Shown piece by piece: positions 49,786 through 61,950 of a stretch of DNA of 64,000 nucleotides; the first letter of the stretch is position 1, and every line of letters starts with the position of its first letter. Position numbers and translations under genes: made by a program. The notes below the pieces were generated by a model, which did no database searches, had not been told where the DNA came from, and was given only the letters and a program-made list of their open reading frames with translations. The stretch covers positions 85,684,001-85,748,000 of the forward strand of contig NC_043000.1 of NCBI RefSeq assembly GCF_006345805.1. The letters run 5' to 3'. The DNA is from Octopus sinensis (lineage: Eukaryota).

Positions 49786-50565
49786 GTTAAAATAGTTTCT
49801 GGTGCTTCATGGAAGTATGCAATTCTGACTGGAAAGAAAAATAGATTACAAGGTGTATATGGTGAAGTTGTATCGTTTTGCATGTCCAAATGGTCGTCAA
49901 AGCAACTGGCTGTATGTGTCTTGTATCAGCTTGTGAAACCAAGATAATTCCTATTTCATATGCAAGTTTATGTGAACATTTCAGCAAGACTTGCATCTTA
50001 CTATAGGGGGAAAAAAAAAAGAAAACCCCATTTTATTCTAAACTGAAGAAAGAAAAGCTTATGAAGCTACATAATCTTTTTCACACTTGACAGATATTAG
50101 GTTTACATTTCTTTTTATCCCCCTCCACTCTTTATTTAAAAAAAAATTTTCCACTCCCAGTTAAATAAAACCCAGATGACAAATAAAACCAGTTGAATAA
50201 CTATCAGCATATTGGTTTTTTTAAAACAAAAAAAAAAGTCTTCAGTGTGCAGAACAGTTCTTGTTGGTTTACTCTGATCATCTGTTAAAATTAACTTATC
50301 TGTCAATTTCTTTCTTTTATCCAATCTATAAAAGAGATGAAAAGGAAATTCTGTCATTTCACTTGAACAGTCACTAGCAGAATTGCATATTTTCTTCGTA
50401 GAAATATTGGATCGTTGGATACTATGCCCTTATCACCAGTGGCGATTGCTAGTTGTAACTTTTTTTTTTTTTCAACTGGAAACAAAAAACAAAAAAAAAA
50501 TAAATGTCAGAGTTTACAAGTGTAAAATAATTAACATTACCCAAGCATTATTTTCTTACTGTTAA

Positions 50566-50571
50566 AATAAA
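50566..50571 (+). terminator. Candidate proximal polyadenylation signal of G3BP
   Basis: AATAAA about 780 nt after the stop, with U/GU-rich sequence downstream. Confidence 0.35.
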
Positions 50572-52195
50572 AGCGGTTTTTAAATGTATACACTTATGTT
50601 GGTCAACATTCTACTCCACAGCTCTATACAAACGCAAGTTCATGGAAAAAGGGAAGCATTGGCATGCAAACTCATCACATTTTAAAATCTTGTTTCTTGT
50701 ATTTTGGTTGGGGATGAATAAGGTGTGGTTTCACAGGCATCTGAATATTACTGGAGTTTGAACCCAGGAACTATTAACACTTAGTTGTTTTTTATATATA
50801 ATTAGACAGGTGGTATTTTGGGAAGGATAGTTGTCTAAAGGTAATTTATTATTTCAGAAATAGTTTAGAAGTTGTTTGGTCTCTTGGAATCTGTTTCTGC
50901 ATTATTGTTTTCAAATTATTTTCATTTCATTGCTATGGACTTTGTATATGTGTGTGTATTTATTCAGTCTGGTTTCTTAGATTTCATAAGGATTAAGTGT
51001 ATATGATATATTTTTTCTTAATTTGGGTTTTAAGACCCATATTACCAATTTATCTTGCTTGTCTGCTTTTGTGTCTTTCCCCACCCCTCCATCATATCAG
51101 CTGTTGCCAAATGACTGGAGTCTTGAACTTTAGACCTTTTTTTTTTTTTTTTTTTGAGCTGCCAATATTTTGACACTCACAAATAGAACCATTTCAACAT
51201 GCTTGCAACATTTTTTCTTTGCTTTTTGGGGTAATTAACAAAGATTGTTGAATGAAAATTGAATTACTGTCTCTCCTTCCATCCACCCACTTATTATTTT
51301 TTTTGTATTTCCAGTTCATTGGTTATTAAATGGAGTCTTGTTTCTTTGTGCTGGTTTTTGTGCCCACCCCAACTGCCTGGGTGTGTAAATCAAGTCTCTT
51401 CACTCAGTGGGATTTATGAATCTGATGCTTTGTTAGACTTTTTATTATAGAAATTGTGCATTATCTAAGTATAAGTTGCTTGCTAAAAATAGCTATCCTT
51501 ACCAGTTTTAATACATGTCTAATATAGTGTCATTTATTTATCATATAGGAAGGTAACTAGAAACATTGTATTGTGTATCTAATAGAGTTGCCATAATCAG
51601 TTGGTGTTTTTTTTTTTAGCTAAAGTTACTTTTTTGTTGTACAGTCTATAAAAATAATTGTATTTCTTGTTACTAATGAGCATTTGTTTTGAAAACTAAC
51701 ATGAGGTTTGCTAATAGCAATGACATGGGATTTTAGCTTTTCTGTAAAGTTGCTAGTTTTAGTCTCAAGCACTTCAATGTATTTGGAAAATTTTCTTTAG
51801 TAAATTTAGAGCAAGATGTCTACATTGAATTAAATTTCGTTTAGTTGCTTTCTCAATTTTGATTGGAGTGAGTGAATTCACTTAGATATATCTTTTAGAT
51901 AAAATTTCAAATCACTTTGCATCTTCTGTCAGGGTCAGATGATATGTGGATTGGAGGTTTTCCTCTCTGGTAACAATATGGATTTCATCATGTTATTGCT
52001 GCATAACTTGCTGAAATATTTTTGCAGTGCTTGCACTCTTTTGTTCTGACTACTGTTTTAAACGGTAAACTTTTCTTCTCTGAGCAACTCTATTGTTTTG
52101 TTGCAAGGTTGTCATTGATTCCATAACCATCTTAAGAAACATCAGTTAAAACAAAAATATTGAAGCTGTGACAAACGTACGTATCATTTGATGGC

Positions 52196-52254
52196 AATAA
52201 AATATGACTATCAAGAAGCAACTTTTAGACTAAAGTTTCCAATGTGCCAATAAA
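52196..52254 (+). terminator. Candidate distal polyadenylation signals of G3BP (two AATAAA)
   Basis: AATAAA at 52196-52201 and 52249-52254, followed by TGTTTGTGT. Repeat-free AT-rich sequence runs from the stop codon to here, and transposon debris resumes at 52345. Confidence 0.45.
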
Positions 52255-52344
52255 TGTTTGTGTATATGAAACTGTATGAAAATGGTGTTATATGATTGAA
52301 ATAATTGGTATGTCTTAAAGACCCCGTCCCCCTTTTTTTTTTAT

Positions 52345-52548
52345 CAGCAGTTCCAAACCCATTTTGCACCACAGACCAGTTTCATGCAAGACAATTTTTC
52401 CACGGACTGGGGATTAGTGTGCATTACAAAACCAAGTGCATGATATATATATATCTAAAACACCTTGCAGACTGTGATAGTCTATAAAATTTGTTTTCTT
52501 TCTGCACAGCCTGGTACTGGTCCATGGCCTGGTGGTTGGGGACCCCTG
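52345..52548. mobile_element. hAT-type MITE
   Basis: Ends CAGCAGTTCCAAACC and GGTTGGGGACCCCTG, CAG-terminated TIRs typical of hAT elements. No clean TSD. Confidence 0.6.
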
Positions 52549-53398
52549 TTCTGCTTTATTTAGCCATAATTTATTTTCAACATCAAAAAAAATACATGAA
52601 TTTGAAATTTTCTTTTCTCACCTCTCGCACCAAATTCAAAACAATTTAGTTTAAGATTTTAGTTGTTTATTTCAGTTTTAGCAGTTTATGACAACTCATA
52701 GGAATACATTGTTAGACTGTTTTAAAACTATCAAGTTGTTACAATTCAAAATGCTGAGTCCTTTACTACTTGTTTGGCGGATTTTCTTTAGCGTTGCCAT
52801 AATTTTCTTATATAAACACATACACGCTCACTGAGCAGTTGCCTTGTCAGATTTCCATTTGTTGAAAATGTTCATACTGTCAGTTGAAATGATGTAGATG
52901 ATTTAACACAAGACATTTTTACATATCTTAAAATAGTTTTGAAGAAACAAAAATCCTCAAGTGCTAGAAGTGAAATAAACTCATATTTTATCAATCCTGG
53001 ATGAAAGGGACACAGTTGAAGCCTGTAGTGACATTTGGGATTCTGGCTTTGTTTCTTTTATGTAAACATTTATATTCATCTCTTATGTATTTATAAGAGC
53101 AGATAAAGCAATTGGAAATTGAGATAGTGTTAATGAGGGGAGTTATTTTTTTGTCTTCTCATACCATTTGTTAGTAATCCTTTCACCTCTCCTACCAGAA
53201 AGTGCCTGTGGATTTTTTTAAAACCCCAATGCTATCACATTTAGGGCAAATATTTCACTTGGTAGTTAGAAAATAAAGCAGCCAGTCAAGAAAAATTTGA
53301 TTTTTGTGGACAATTACATGGACAGACCCTGAATAGTGACATCACTGGTGGCAGATGGTGTAAAATAGCTTAGTGTGGTAGTAGAGGTTTCTATTTAA

Positions 53399-53620
53399 CC
53401 CTTTCATTATCAACCCGGCTGAAACTGCCTCTTGCTCTGTAGTACAAATGTCTTGCTTTCTTAAGTTTTGAATTAAAATCTTCCACCAAACCTTAGTCAC
53501 AATTTATGTTACTAACACTAGCTTAATGGTAACTAAGTTATTTTACTAAATTCTTTGTTATATTTAAAATATTTGAAAGAAACGCAGCATCTCAAAATAA
53601 TTATGACGGTAATGAAAGGG
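53399..53620. mobile_element. piggyBac-type MITE (family P1), reverse orientation relative to the 9593 copy
   Basis: TTAA-CCCTTTCATTATC...GGTAATGAAAGGG-TTAT. The internal CCCGGCTGAAACT...GTACAAATGTCTTG is the reverse complement of 9740-9785. Confidence 0.8.
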
Positions 53621-56600
53621 TTATTTCATTGAGTAGAAAATTTGTGATACAAATGAGTAGGTAGAACAGGAACAGGTTGACAGCTGTCTAATTTCATTCT
53701 ATTTAAAATTATTAGGACATGGAACAAACTGATCACACAGCAATTTATGGCTTCATTTCAGTAATGGAAGCCTTATCCAAAAGTACTGTAAGAAACTAGT
53801 TTCATCCTGGGCATGCATTTTGATTTAAATTTAGCCATCATACATATTTAATTAAATCTTAAGAGAATACTAAAGTGTCCTTCGTACCTTAATGGAATTT
53901 TCTTTATTTGCTACACAACTTTTATTGTTGGAGCCAGTTGTCAGTAAAATTGAATTAGTTTAAACCAATTCTTCAGTAATTGTTGATTTTATTGACAAAT
54001 GTTTTCATTACAAATAAGCAAATATCTCCAACTGGCATGAAAAAATTTTTATTTCTTTGACTATTCAACATATTTCAAAACATTTTCATTTCCTCACAAT
54101 TCCTTTTAAAGATGACTGCAAGTGAACAGTATTTCTATTTTCCATTTTCTGCTTTCATTAGACTTCTTTTTTTTTTATCTTTATCTACAAAAGGGATTAG
54201 ATCTAATGCAGGGTGTGCAATTGAGCTATTACAATACCCAGTTATGGGCAGCCTGGAGAATTTTCTGAATAACACACAAAGAATTATCAATATTTTTAGT
54301 AGTGTGCCCATGCCTGGCTTAGCCCTTTTGTTACCATATCTGTGTTGAAATATACTGCTTATGTTAATTTTGAAAATACTGAATTTAATAAAACGACTTT
54401 GTCACTATTAATTTGGTGCTTGGAATATAAATTAGCATGAAATTTTAAAAGGTTTTTTAAAACTCAATTTTTATAAAACCAAGGGGATGACATCAAAAGG
54501 CTAAAACTGGAGGTCCGTTTTTGGATTCTCTTATAACCATTTCAGTTTTTCTTTTACTTTTGATTTCTAGTCTTCATCTATGACATTGTTATTACATTAA
54601 AGTTCAGTTTCCTTCAAACTTTACTCTTGTTGCATTTATTCAAACACCAAAGAATTCCTCTCAACACATGGCTATGACACTCACCCACTACTGCTCATGA
54701 TCAGAAATGCACATATTGTCAACCACTAAGGGACATGGTCAAGTGACTGACCAGCAAATCTGTGGTATTGAGAAGAATATTTGCTATAACAATATTTCTG
54801 CTTCAGCAACTGTTGAATCCTAATGTAATAGAAAATAGGTCAGTTTCAAAACATTGTTGTCCAGGTGACAAAAGTTGAGTTTAAAAGGAATAAGTTATTT
54901 CCTTTGATTTCTTAATAGAAATAACTTGCATTGCTGATGACAAGATAGTAAAATTTTAATTCTTTTTCCTTCCTTCTGTTTCTCCATCCTTATTTTTTCC
55001 TTTCATTGCACAAAGATAGAAAAATATGGCAAAAAATAATTATACAAACCTTATTTTTTCTTGTTTTGTAAATGAGGAAATTTTGTATCTGCAAATAACT
55101 TGAAAACCATCTTGAATGGAGAATAGCATGCAATGGATAAAAACATGGCTCTTATAGTAGATCAGCTAATTTGAGTAGATGAAATAAATCTAATGCAGCA
55201 TGAGGATTTAGAGCTTGAAAAAGTGGTAGGGTGGGATGTGATATTGGTTGATATTCCACACTTTTATATGAAATAAAGTTTGAAAAACAATCCTGTGAAA
55301 TTTGAAACCCTAAAACATTTCTATGTATTATGAAGCTTTGTCTCTGGTAGATGGAACCTGAAAGAAGCTTGTTTTTCCCTCATCACTGCTTGACAACCAG
55401 TGTTTATGTTCTCACAACTTAGTGGTTTGGCAAAAGAAACCAATAGAATAAGTAACAAGCTTAGAAAAATACTGAGTTTGATTCATTTGACTAAAATTGT
55501 TGAAATAATGACAAACAAAATATAAAAGGATACTCTTTATGTGTGACAGTTGTATTAATATTTAGTTGACTCTCTACAGAGATATTGAACATGTTGGCAG
55601 ATTAAATTCCTTACTCATTTTGCTTCAAACCATTGACAACTTCAGCTTACACCATTTATGAAAATGTGCTTCAGAATTATTTTTCTCTTTGAAATAGATT
55701 TCTTTTTCCTAGTGCAGCATTTAAGTTAGACACTTGTAACATTAAACTGTTACAAGGTTTTTAGTTTATTACTAAAATTTAAATGAAGTTGACATTGAAT
55801 TTAAGAGAATATTTGAAAAATGTTTATCTTTTTACAAAGTGTTTTCTCTGTCAGATGTCACCAAATAGGTTTATCGACATTTTTTCATAGCATTAATCTG
55901 ATATTGATATGTCAGCTAGTTGAGCACCTGTGCCCTATCTATCTATCTATATACGTAAAGTCAGACACAAATGACAGTTTGAAATATGAGTACTACTGGA
56001 TGCCTTGAATCCATATATTGTGAGTTATATATGGTTCAAATGTACAGGAAATGTGATGGAACAAGCAGATGTATTGGTTTGATGCTTGAGAAAATTGGAA
56101 AAACCTTTGTTTCAAGCCTAGGCTCTTCAACAGAAAAGGATGAGAGGTAAGAATATAAGGATTAGCAGTTCCACAGATGTAGCTGCATGGGTTTGATGGA
56201 AACTGAAAAGAAACCTGTGTGTGTATATATATATATACACACACATACGTCTTGTCTTGATAATAATGAGTGATGATCGTAAACACCTGACATCGTTTTG
56301 CAGACCATGTCTGGGTATAGGGAAATATTACCTCACTTAAAAGTAGGAAGGGTATCCAGCTGTAGAAAGTCTACCTCGATGAAATTCAAACGACTCATTA
56401 AACCTGGGTTGGTCAAACTACCAACATGCTCCCAATGCATGGAAAATGGAAATGTGATTGCTAGTATGTTGAAAGTGGTAAGCCCAAAATTACAACCTCG
56501 ATGACAAGGAAAACCTCAAGCTGGTCATTAAGATAGTAATATTTTGTTTTTACAATTTTTAATTAAAATTTTCTTATACATTGTTAGTGCCTACTTTACT

Positions 56601-57617
56601 ATTTGCTTACTATACAGCAGACGTCCCTCGGTATTTTACCTTGGTTATTCTTTTAGGTTAACATACCACTCAGTAATTATTTTCTATAACCTTTATATTT
56701 CCTCTAATCGTTTTAACAGGTTGCAGTAATAGACTGTTTTCTTGGTGTTCTAAAGAACAAAAATGTCCTCAAGATACAATTTTGATTTAAATTCTGATAG
56801 GGTTGTCTCCCTTGGTCATTCATGCATTTTTTATGCCTTTATACTCATGACAGAGAAAGAAAATATTCATTCGACACTTCAATGATTTATCATTGAAGAA
56901 TAAAATATCAAGTTGTCATTGGAAAGTTTTGTATGAATTGATTATTTTGTACTTTGAAGTTCAAGCATTCAATAACAATCTCTAAAAGTAATTAATTACC
57001 TACATCACTTCATTAATCTTTGGGACAGTGCTATAATATTTCTGAATGGTAAGCAACTTGGAAAAGAAATCCAAGCTGCTAAATTTCCTGAACAAACAAC
57101 TACAAAAAACAAGTTGCAAAAAGGTTACTAATGGTTTATTTGGAAAATTTAATCTATTTAGAATAAAAAAAAGAATCGCTAATAGGAATTAGAGTTTTAC
57201 ACATTAAATAGGCATGTAAGAAAATTCATTGTAGGAATTCTTCAGACGGAGAAATTAAATGATACAAATTTTACATTTGGAAGAAATATTCATATTTAGT
57301 TAGTGATCAGGAGCAGCATAGATAGTGGGGTGAAGGAAAGCAGTGCAAAACATTGCAGGGGTGGGGAGATAAAGTTACAAGCACTCACACACACACATGC
57401 ATGGATATATATATATACATGCACACACACAAGTATACAGATAATGGGTATATATACAAAATCATACACATGTACAGATTCAGATGGTTATAAACAAATC
57501 TATGAATTTGTGCTCCAGCATCACTAGCTGCATGGCTGAAACAAAAAAATATATATATATACACATGCAGGCACTCATACACACATACGTATACACGGTA
57601 ACATTTTTTTTTTTTTT

Positions 57618-57932
57618 TGCCACTGTTATAAAGAACTATGTTACATTTTAAACCCAGGAAAATGTCTTTTCCAGCTGGTTAATGACGTGATTTGTATTCG
57701 ATATATTGTGAGTAAGGGAGAAAATGACTGCCTTCCAGCTTGGCAAGACCAGTAAACCATGGTTTCTGGGCCTTTACCCTTCATGGGTACTGGACACCTG
57801 CCTGCTAGAGATGGCAGCCGCTCGCCCCTATTGGACACAAATCGTGTATAGTTAACCAGCTAGAGAAGATGTTTTCCTGGGGTTAGAATGTCGTAACATA
57901 GTTCTTTATAGACCAGCCATGTTATAGTGGCA
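57618..57932. mobile_element. Fold-back MITE with about 85-bp TIRs enclosing a 130-bp core; an inverted second copy of the core lies at about 58040-58190
   Basis: TGCCACT..TATAAAGAACTATGTTAC..CCCAGGAAAA..CCAGCTGGTTAA is mirrored at 57850-57932. Confidence 0.75.
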
Positions 57933-58229
57933 TAAAAACGTTACCATCTAGTATTGTTACAACTTAGGTCTCGTTCAGAAGTTTTAGAACTAGCTATTTT
58001 GCTCCTCACAAGATCAGCAGCTGTTTGCCACTTCTCTGTTTATATATTGTGAGTAGTGGTGAGTGACTGCCATCTCTAGCAGGCAGGTGTCCAGTACCAA
58101 TGAAAGGTAAAGACCCAGAAACCATGGCCTACTGGTCTTCCCAAGCTGGAGGGGAGTTATTCACTCTCTTACAATATATTGGGCACAAATTAAGCTAGAA
58201 AATACTTTGGTCCTTATATATATACACAC

Positions 58230-58460
58230 AAACAGTGTGGTAAGAAGCTTGCTTCCCAATCGCATGGTTCTAGGTTCAGTCCCACTGCATAGTATCTTGG
58301 ACAAGTGTCTTCTACAATAGCTTCAAGCTATTGATGGAAATTGTAATAAGCCTGTTATATATATATATTATGAGTGTGTGTTTTTGGCTCTATATTTGTC
58401 CCTCCATCATTGCTTGACAACTGAGGTTGTTGTGTTTACATCCCCGTAACTTAGCAGTAT
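58230..58460 (+). mobile_element. SINE family B, sense orientation; a further fragment lies at about 59575-59670
   Basis: GTGTGGTAAGAAGCTTGCTTCCCAATCGCATGGTTCTAGGTTCAGTCCCACTG head with A/B-box-like motifs. Confidence 0.75.
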
Positions 58461-58464
58461 ATTA

Positions 58465-59572
58465 AGGTCAACTGGGCACCATCTGTGAGGAAAACAGCAC
58501 CATGATACAATTCACTCAGCCAAAAATTTAGAAACGATATGCTATACTGCTTGACATTCGCACCAGAAGCTCCAATGTGAACATTTCAGACTGGTTGGAT
58601 GTCAATCTGAAGACAGTGCAGAGGATTCAGAAAGAATTAGATGAGTCTAATGGTAATTATGAAGGTACAGCAGCTCAGAAAACTCACTTTGATCATTCTG
58701 ATATGAAAAAAACTCCTGAATTTGTTGGTGAGAGCCAGGCCATCATTGACAACGACCTGTCCAAGTCAACCAGGTCGATCACTAGGGACATGGGAGTGTC
58801 TGAGTTTCTTATCAGGCAGGAAGGTGCATGAAGACATTTTATATTCCTCATACAAGATATGAAAGGGCCAATTTTTATCCCAAGCCATCTAGGACAAGAG
58901 GAAAGACCATGCTACAAAACTTTTGAACAAACTTAAGCATCCGCTCCAACCAAACATGCTTTGGTTTCTCTCAGACATGAAAAATTCCTGCCAGGATCAG
59001 GTGGTGAACATGAGAGTGATAAAAATCAAGCATCCAGTCAACATCATGTTGCTTAGAGTGATAGCAACATTATGCCCCCATTCCCACATGGTGTCAGACT
59101 CAACATGGAGGTCTAAATTAAGTGTCTGGAAGGGGGTAGTGCTGCCCTGGGTCAAGAGGATAGCTGCTGGCAACAGGACTCTGCACTGGGCCACACAAAC
59201 AGAACTCAGTCATGGTGGTCAGACAATTTCTGCAATCACATCACTCCTAACATCTTGCCACCTAACTCTCCAGACTACAACCCCCTTGCTTATTATGTGT
59301 GGGACACAGTTGAGTGAGAGACCAAAAAAACTCCTTGTAACATCAAAGATGAACTGAAGACAAGGATTATGGCAGCATTCACCATCCAGAAGCATTGCAG
59401 TAGATTCCGAAGTCGTCTGGAGGCCGTGGTTGAAGCCAGTGGTGATTTTATTGAATAAATTTACTCTTTAGTATTTCAAGATATTTTTATGCAATTTTGG
59501 TAAATATATCTGTTAAAATGAGATGTCAGTGTTATTTTCATTTTTGCCTAATTTAGATAATATATTCGCCAT
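58465..59572 (+). mobile_element. Decayed maT/DD37D-like mariner transposase, 5'-truncated
   Basis: LKTVQRIQKELDES...KTPEFV..QAIID.D.SKS.RSI.RDMGVSEFLIRQ (HTH), IKHPVNIMLLRV, and ITPNILPPNSPDYNPLAYYVWDTVE*ET..PCNIKDELK.RI..FRSRLEAVVEASGDFIE*. Confidence 0.88.
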
Positions 59573-60109
59573 ACCTTGTGTGTCTTTGTGTTTGTGCTTG
59601 TCTCCATCACCACTAGACAACCGGTGTTGGTGTGTTTATGACCCTGTAACTTAGCAGTTCAGCAAAACACAGTATGTATTCTTATGAGCTACTAATTGTT
59701 TCATGTGATAGAAAAATCTCAGACATCAATTTTTAACATGTCTGGTGTCTTCATGCAATTCTTAGCCTGAGGATTGTGTGAAGGCACCAGAATTTTCAAC
59801 TTTAATATGTAACTTGCATCTGTACAACAACAACAACTACATATTGGATTGTAATAATGGAATAAGTAGATGTGCTTCAGGAAAAAACAGCTGGGATTCT
59901 ACCCTACCTACATATGTTACAACAAGCTTCTTTCACTTTCCATCTACCAAATCCACTCACAAGGCTTAATAAAAAATATTGACTGAGGAGATATGAACAA
60001 TAGAAATAAAAATTATTTATACAACTTTTAATTTACGAAGTGTATTCTATAATCCTATAGATTACCATTGGTGGATAATATTTTAAGTGTTGCTGTTATT
60101 GCTGAATTA

Positions 60110-60390
60110 ACATGATGGGTAATGCCATGGAAACAATTGATGCATCTGAAAGATCTAGAGCTTGCTGATGATATTGTCCTGCTCACTGAAGATGATAAAA
60201 AAAAAAAACAACCTACAATGATTTACATCAGACTAGAACAAAATACTGGAAGGATTGGTTTGGGAATCAGTGTGAAGACCAAAACAATGAACTTTACAAA
60301 TGATGACTGCTGAATTACAAGATCAATCAGCAAAATATCAGGACAGTACACAGTTTCACTTATCTGGATAGCATCAATAGAAACTAGTGG
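60110..60390 (+). mobile_element. RTE-like LINE reverse transcriptase fragment
   Basis: LKDLELADDIVLL...RIGLGIS.KTKTM matches the DLDFADDIALL..GL.IN..KTK.M motif. Confidence 0.7.
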
Positions 60391-61149
60391 TGTCAACTAG
60401 CTGCCCAATGTGCTCAAGCTTACAAGAGAAACTGAGACTGTGATCACTATTGTTGTTCCTGATTAAATTGACATAGTGAAAGGTATTCCAATCTTGACTT
60501 TTTTTTGTCCTCTGGACCTACATTATTCTGAATATCTCTTCTTTTTAAAGACTGTTGAGTCCTAGAAAGGTTGAATGAAGTTTCTTGATTTGTTGTACAC
60601 TCAGTTGCACTTCTTTGTTGCTGTTGTTACTGGAAGTACAATGAATAAATGATTGTGTTTGTTGGAAATTTAATGGAGATTTTGCTTCTGTCTGTAGAAG
60701 TTGGGCAACAACATCATAAAATCTGTATTGAAATTTAAAACTGTTCATTGGTGAAACCTCTTAAAACCTGATATGTAAAATAAAAATAAATATTCTGTCC
60801 TGTAATCTAAACAGTCTTTTGATATAAATTTTGTGTCTATGAATATATAATATCAAAGATACCATAATTTCTTTTGCTCATGCATCTTGTACCTGGTACT
60901 AAGAAAATCCTCCTCCTCTAGTGTAGAGGCTTCCTCATTAACTATTTTAATTATGAATCTCAGATCAGTACTGGTTAGACAAATATAAAAAGACGCAATG
61001 ACATTCCTGTCTTTTTGGGGTATTCAGGTCTACATTATCTAATGTGTTCTTTTCTTATCTAAGACTATATAGCGTATTTTGAGAGAGACTTAGTTGTTGT
61101 TTCCAGCATGTCAAGCTATTACATGGGGCTTCCTCTGTTAGCTATTTTA

Positions 61150-61950
61150 ATTAATTGTGTTTTTTTCGCTTTTGTTTTGAAGGAGCTAGCAAGTTGCAGC
61201 TTTGTTGCTTGAATACATTTCGGTGCAGTTCTGCAGCTGTCTTTTGACAACTGCACCTACGTCACACTTCCAATTTTCCGTTTCCCGAAAATGAAACAAT
61301 TATAAAAAAAGAAGTGAATTAGTTAGATTAAATAACATACACTTTTTATTTCTTTGTTTTTTTACGTTTTTCTATATTTAAAATCCCGCCAAGATCGATT
61401 TTTAACTTTGCCCTCTTAGAGGGCGATAAAAGAAACAGCAAGTCAGTTCGATCGACTCCACCCACTTCTTAGCAAAAAATGGCCAAGTCTCTACGACAAG
61501 GAAACCATTAAATATTTATTTAAATATCAGTCAATTAATAATATTTCAGGTTGTATTTTAGATGCATTAAGGACAGATGTTCTAGTAGACGACAACATCG
61601 TTGTCCCAACTGCTATGTCCCACAGCCAGACCGCTGCCATGAGCGGTCACATGACCATTCATGTGACCAGTCGTCGTTTTGCACCATTTTGATTATGTTC
61701 CAATTAATTAGACATTTCTTGGGATAAGCACCAAATGTAATCATCTCAGCAACACTTTAGGTATGTATTATTTTCTGAACTGTGTAAAATTAATAACAAT
61801 GTCAACCTCCCCTCCGTTATAGACTGTCATTCGTTGTAAAAACTACCGCGTTTACATGAAGAAGATAGCTTCAATCGATCCATTATAACAATTTCTCTCC
61901 CAAAACCGACACTTTTCTCAATGATTCTTTCCTTTATATTAGGCTTTTAA
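61150..61950. promoter_or_regulatory. CpG-enriched promoter-like region of a downstream gene
   Basis: Local CpG retention. YY1-like AAAAATGGCC near 61474, paired GTCACATGA motifs at 61645-61668, donor-like AG/GTATGT at about 61761. Confidence 0.45.

Noticed and set aside
49359-49889. 176-aa Pro-rich ORF on the minus strand
   Set aside because: It is the antisense shadow of the Gly/Arg-rich last G3BP exon (GGN codons read as CCN).
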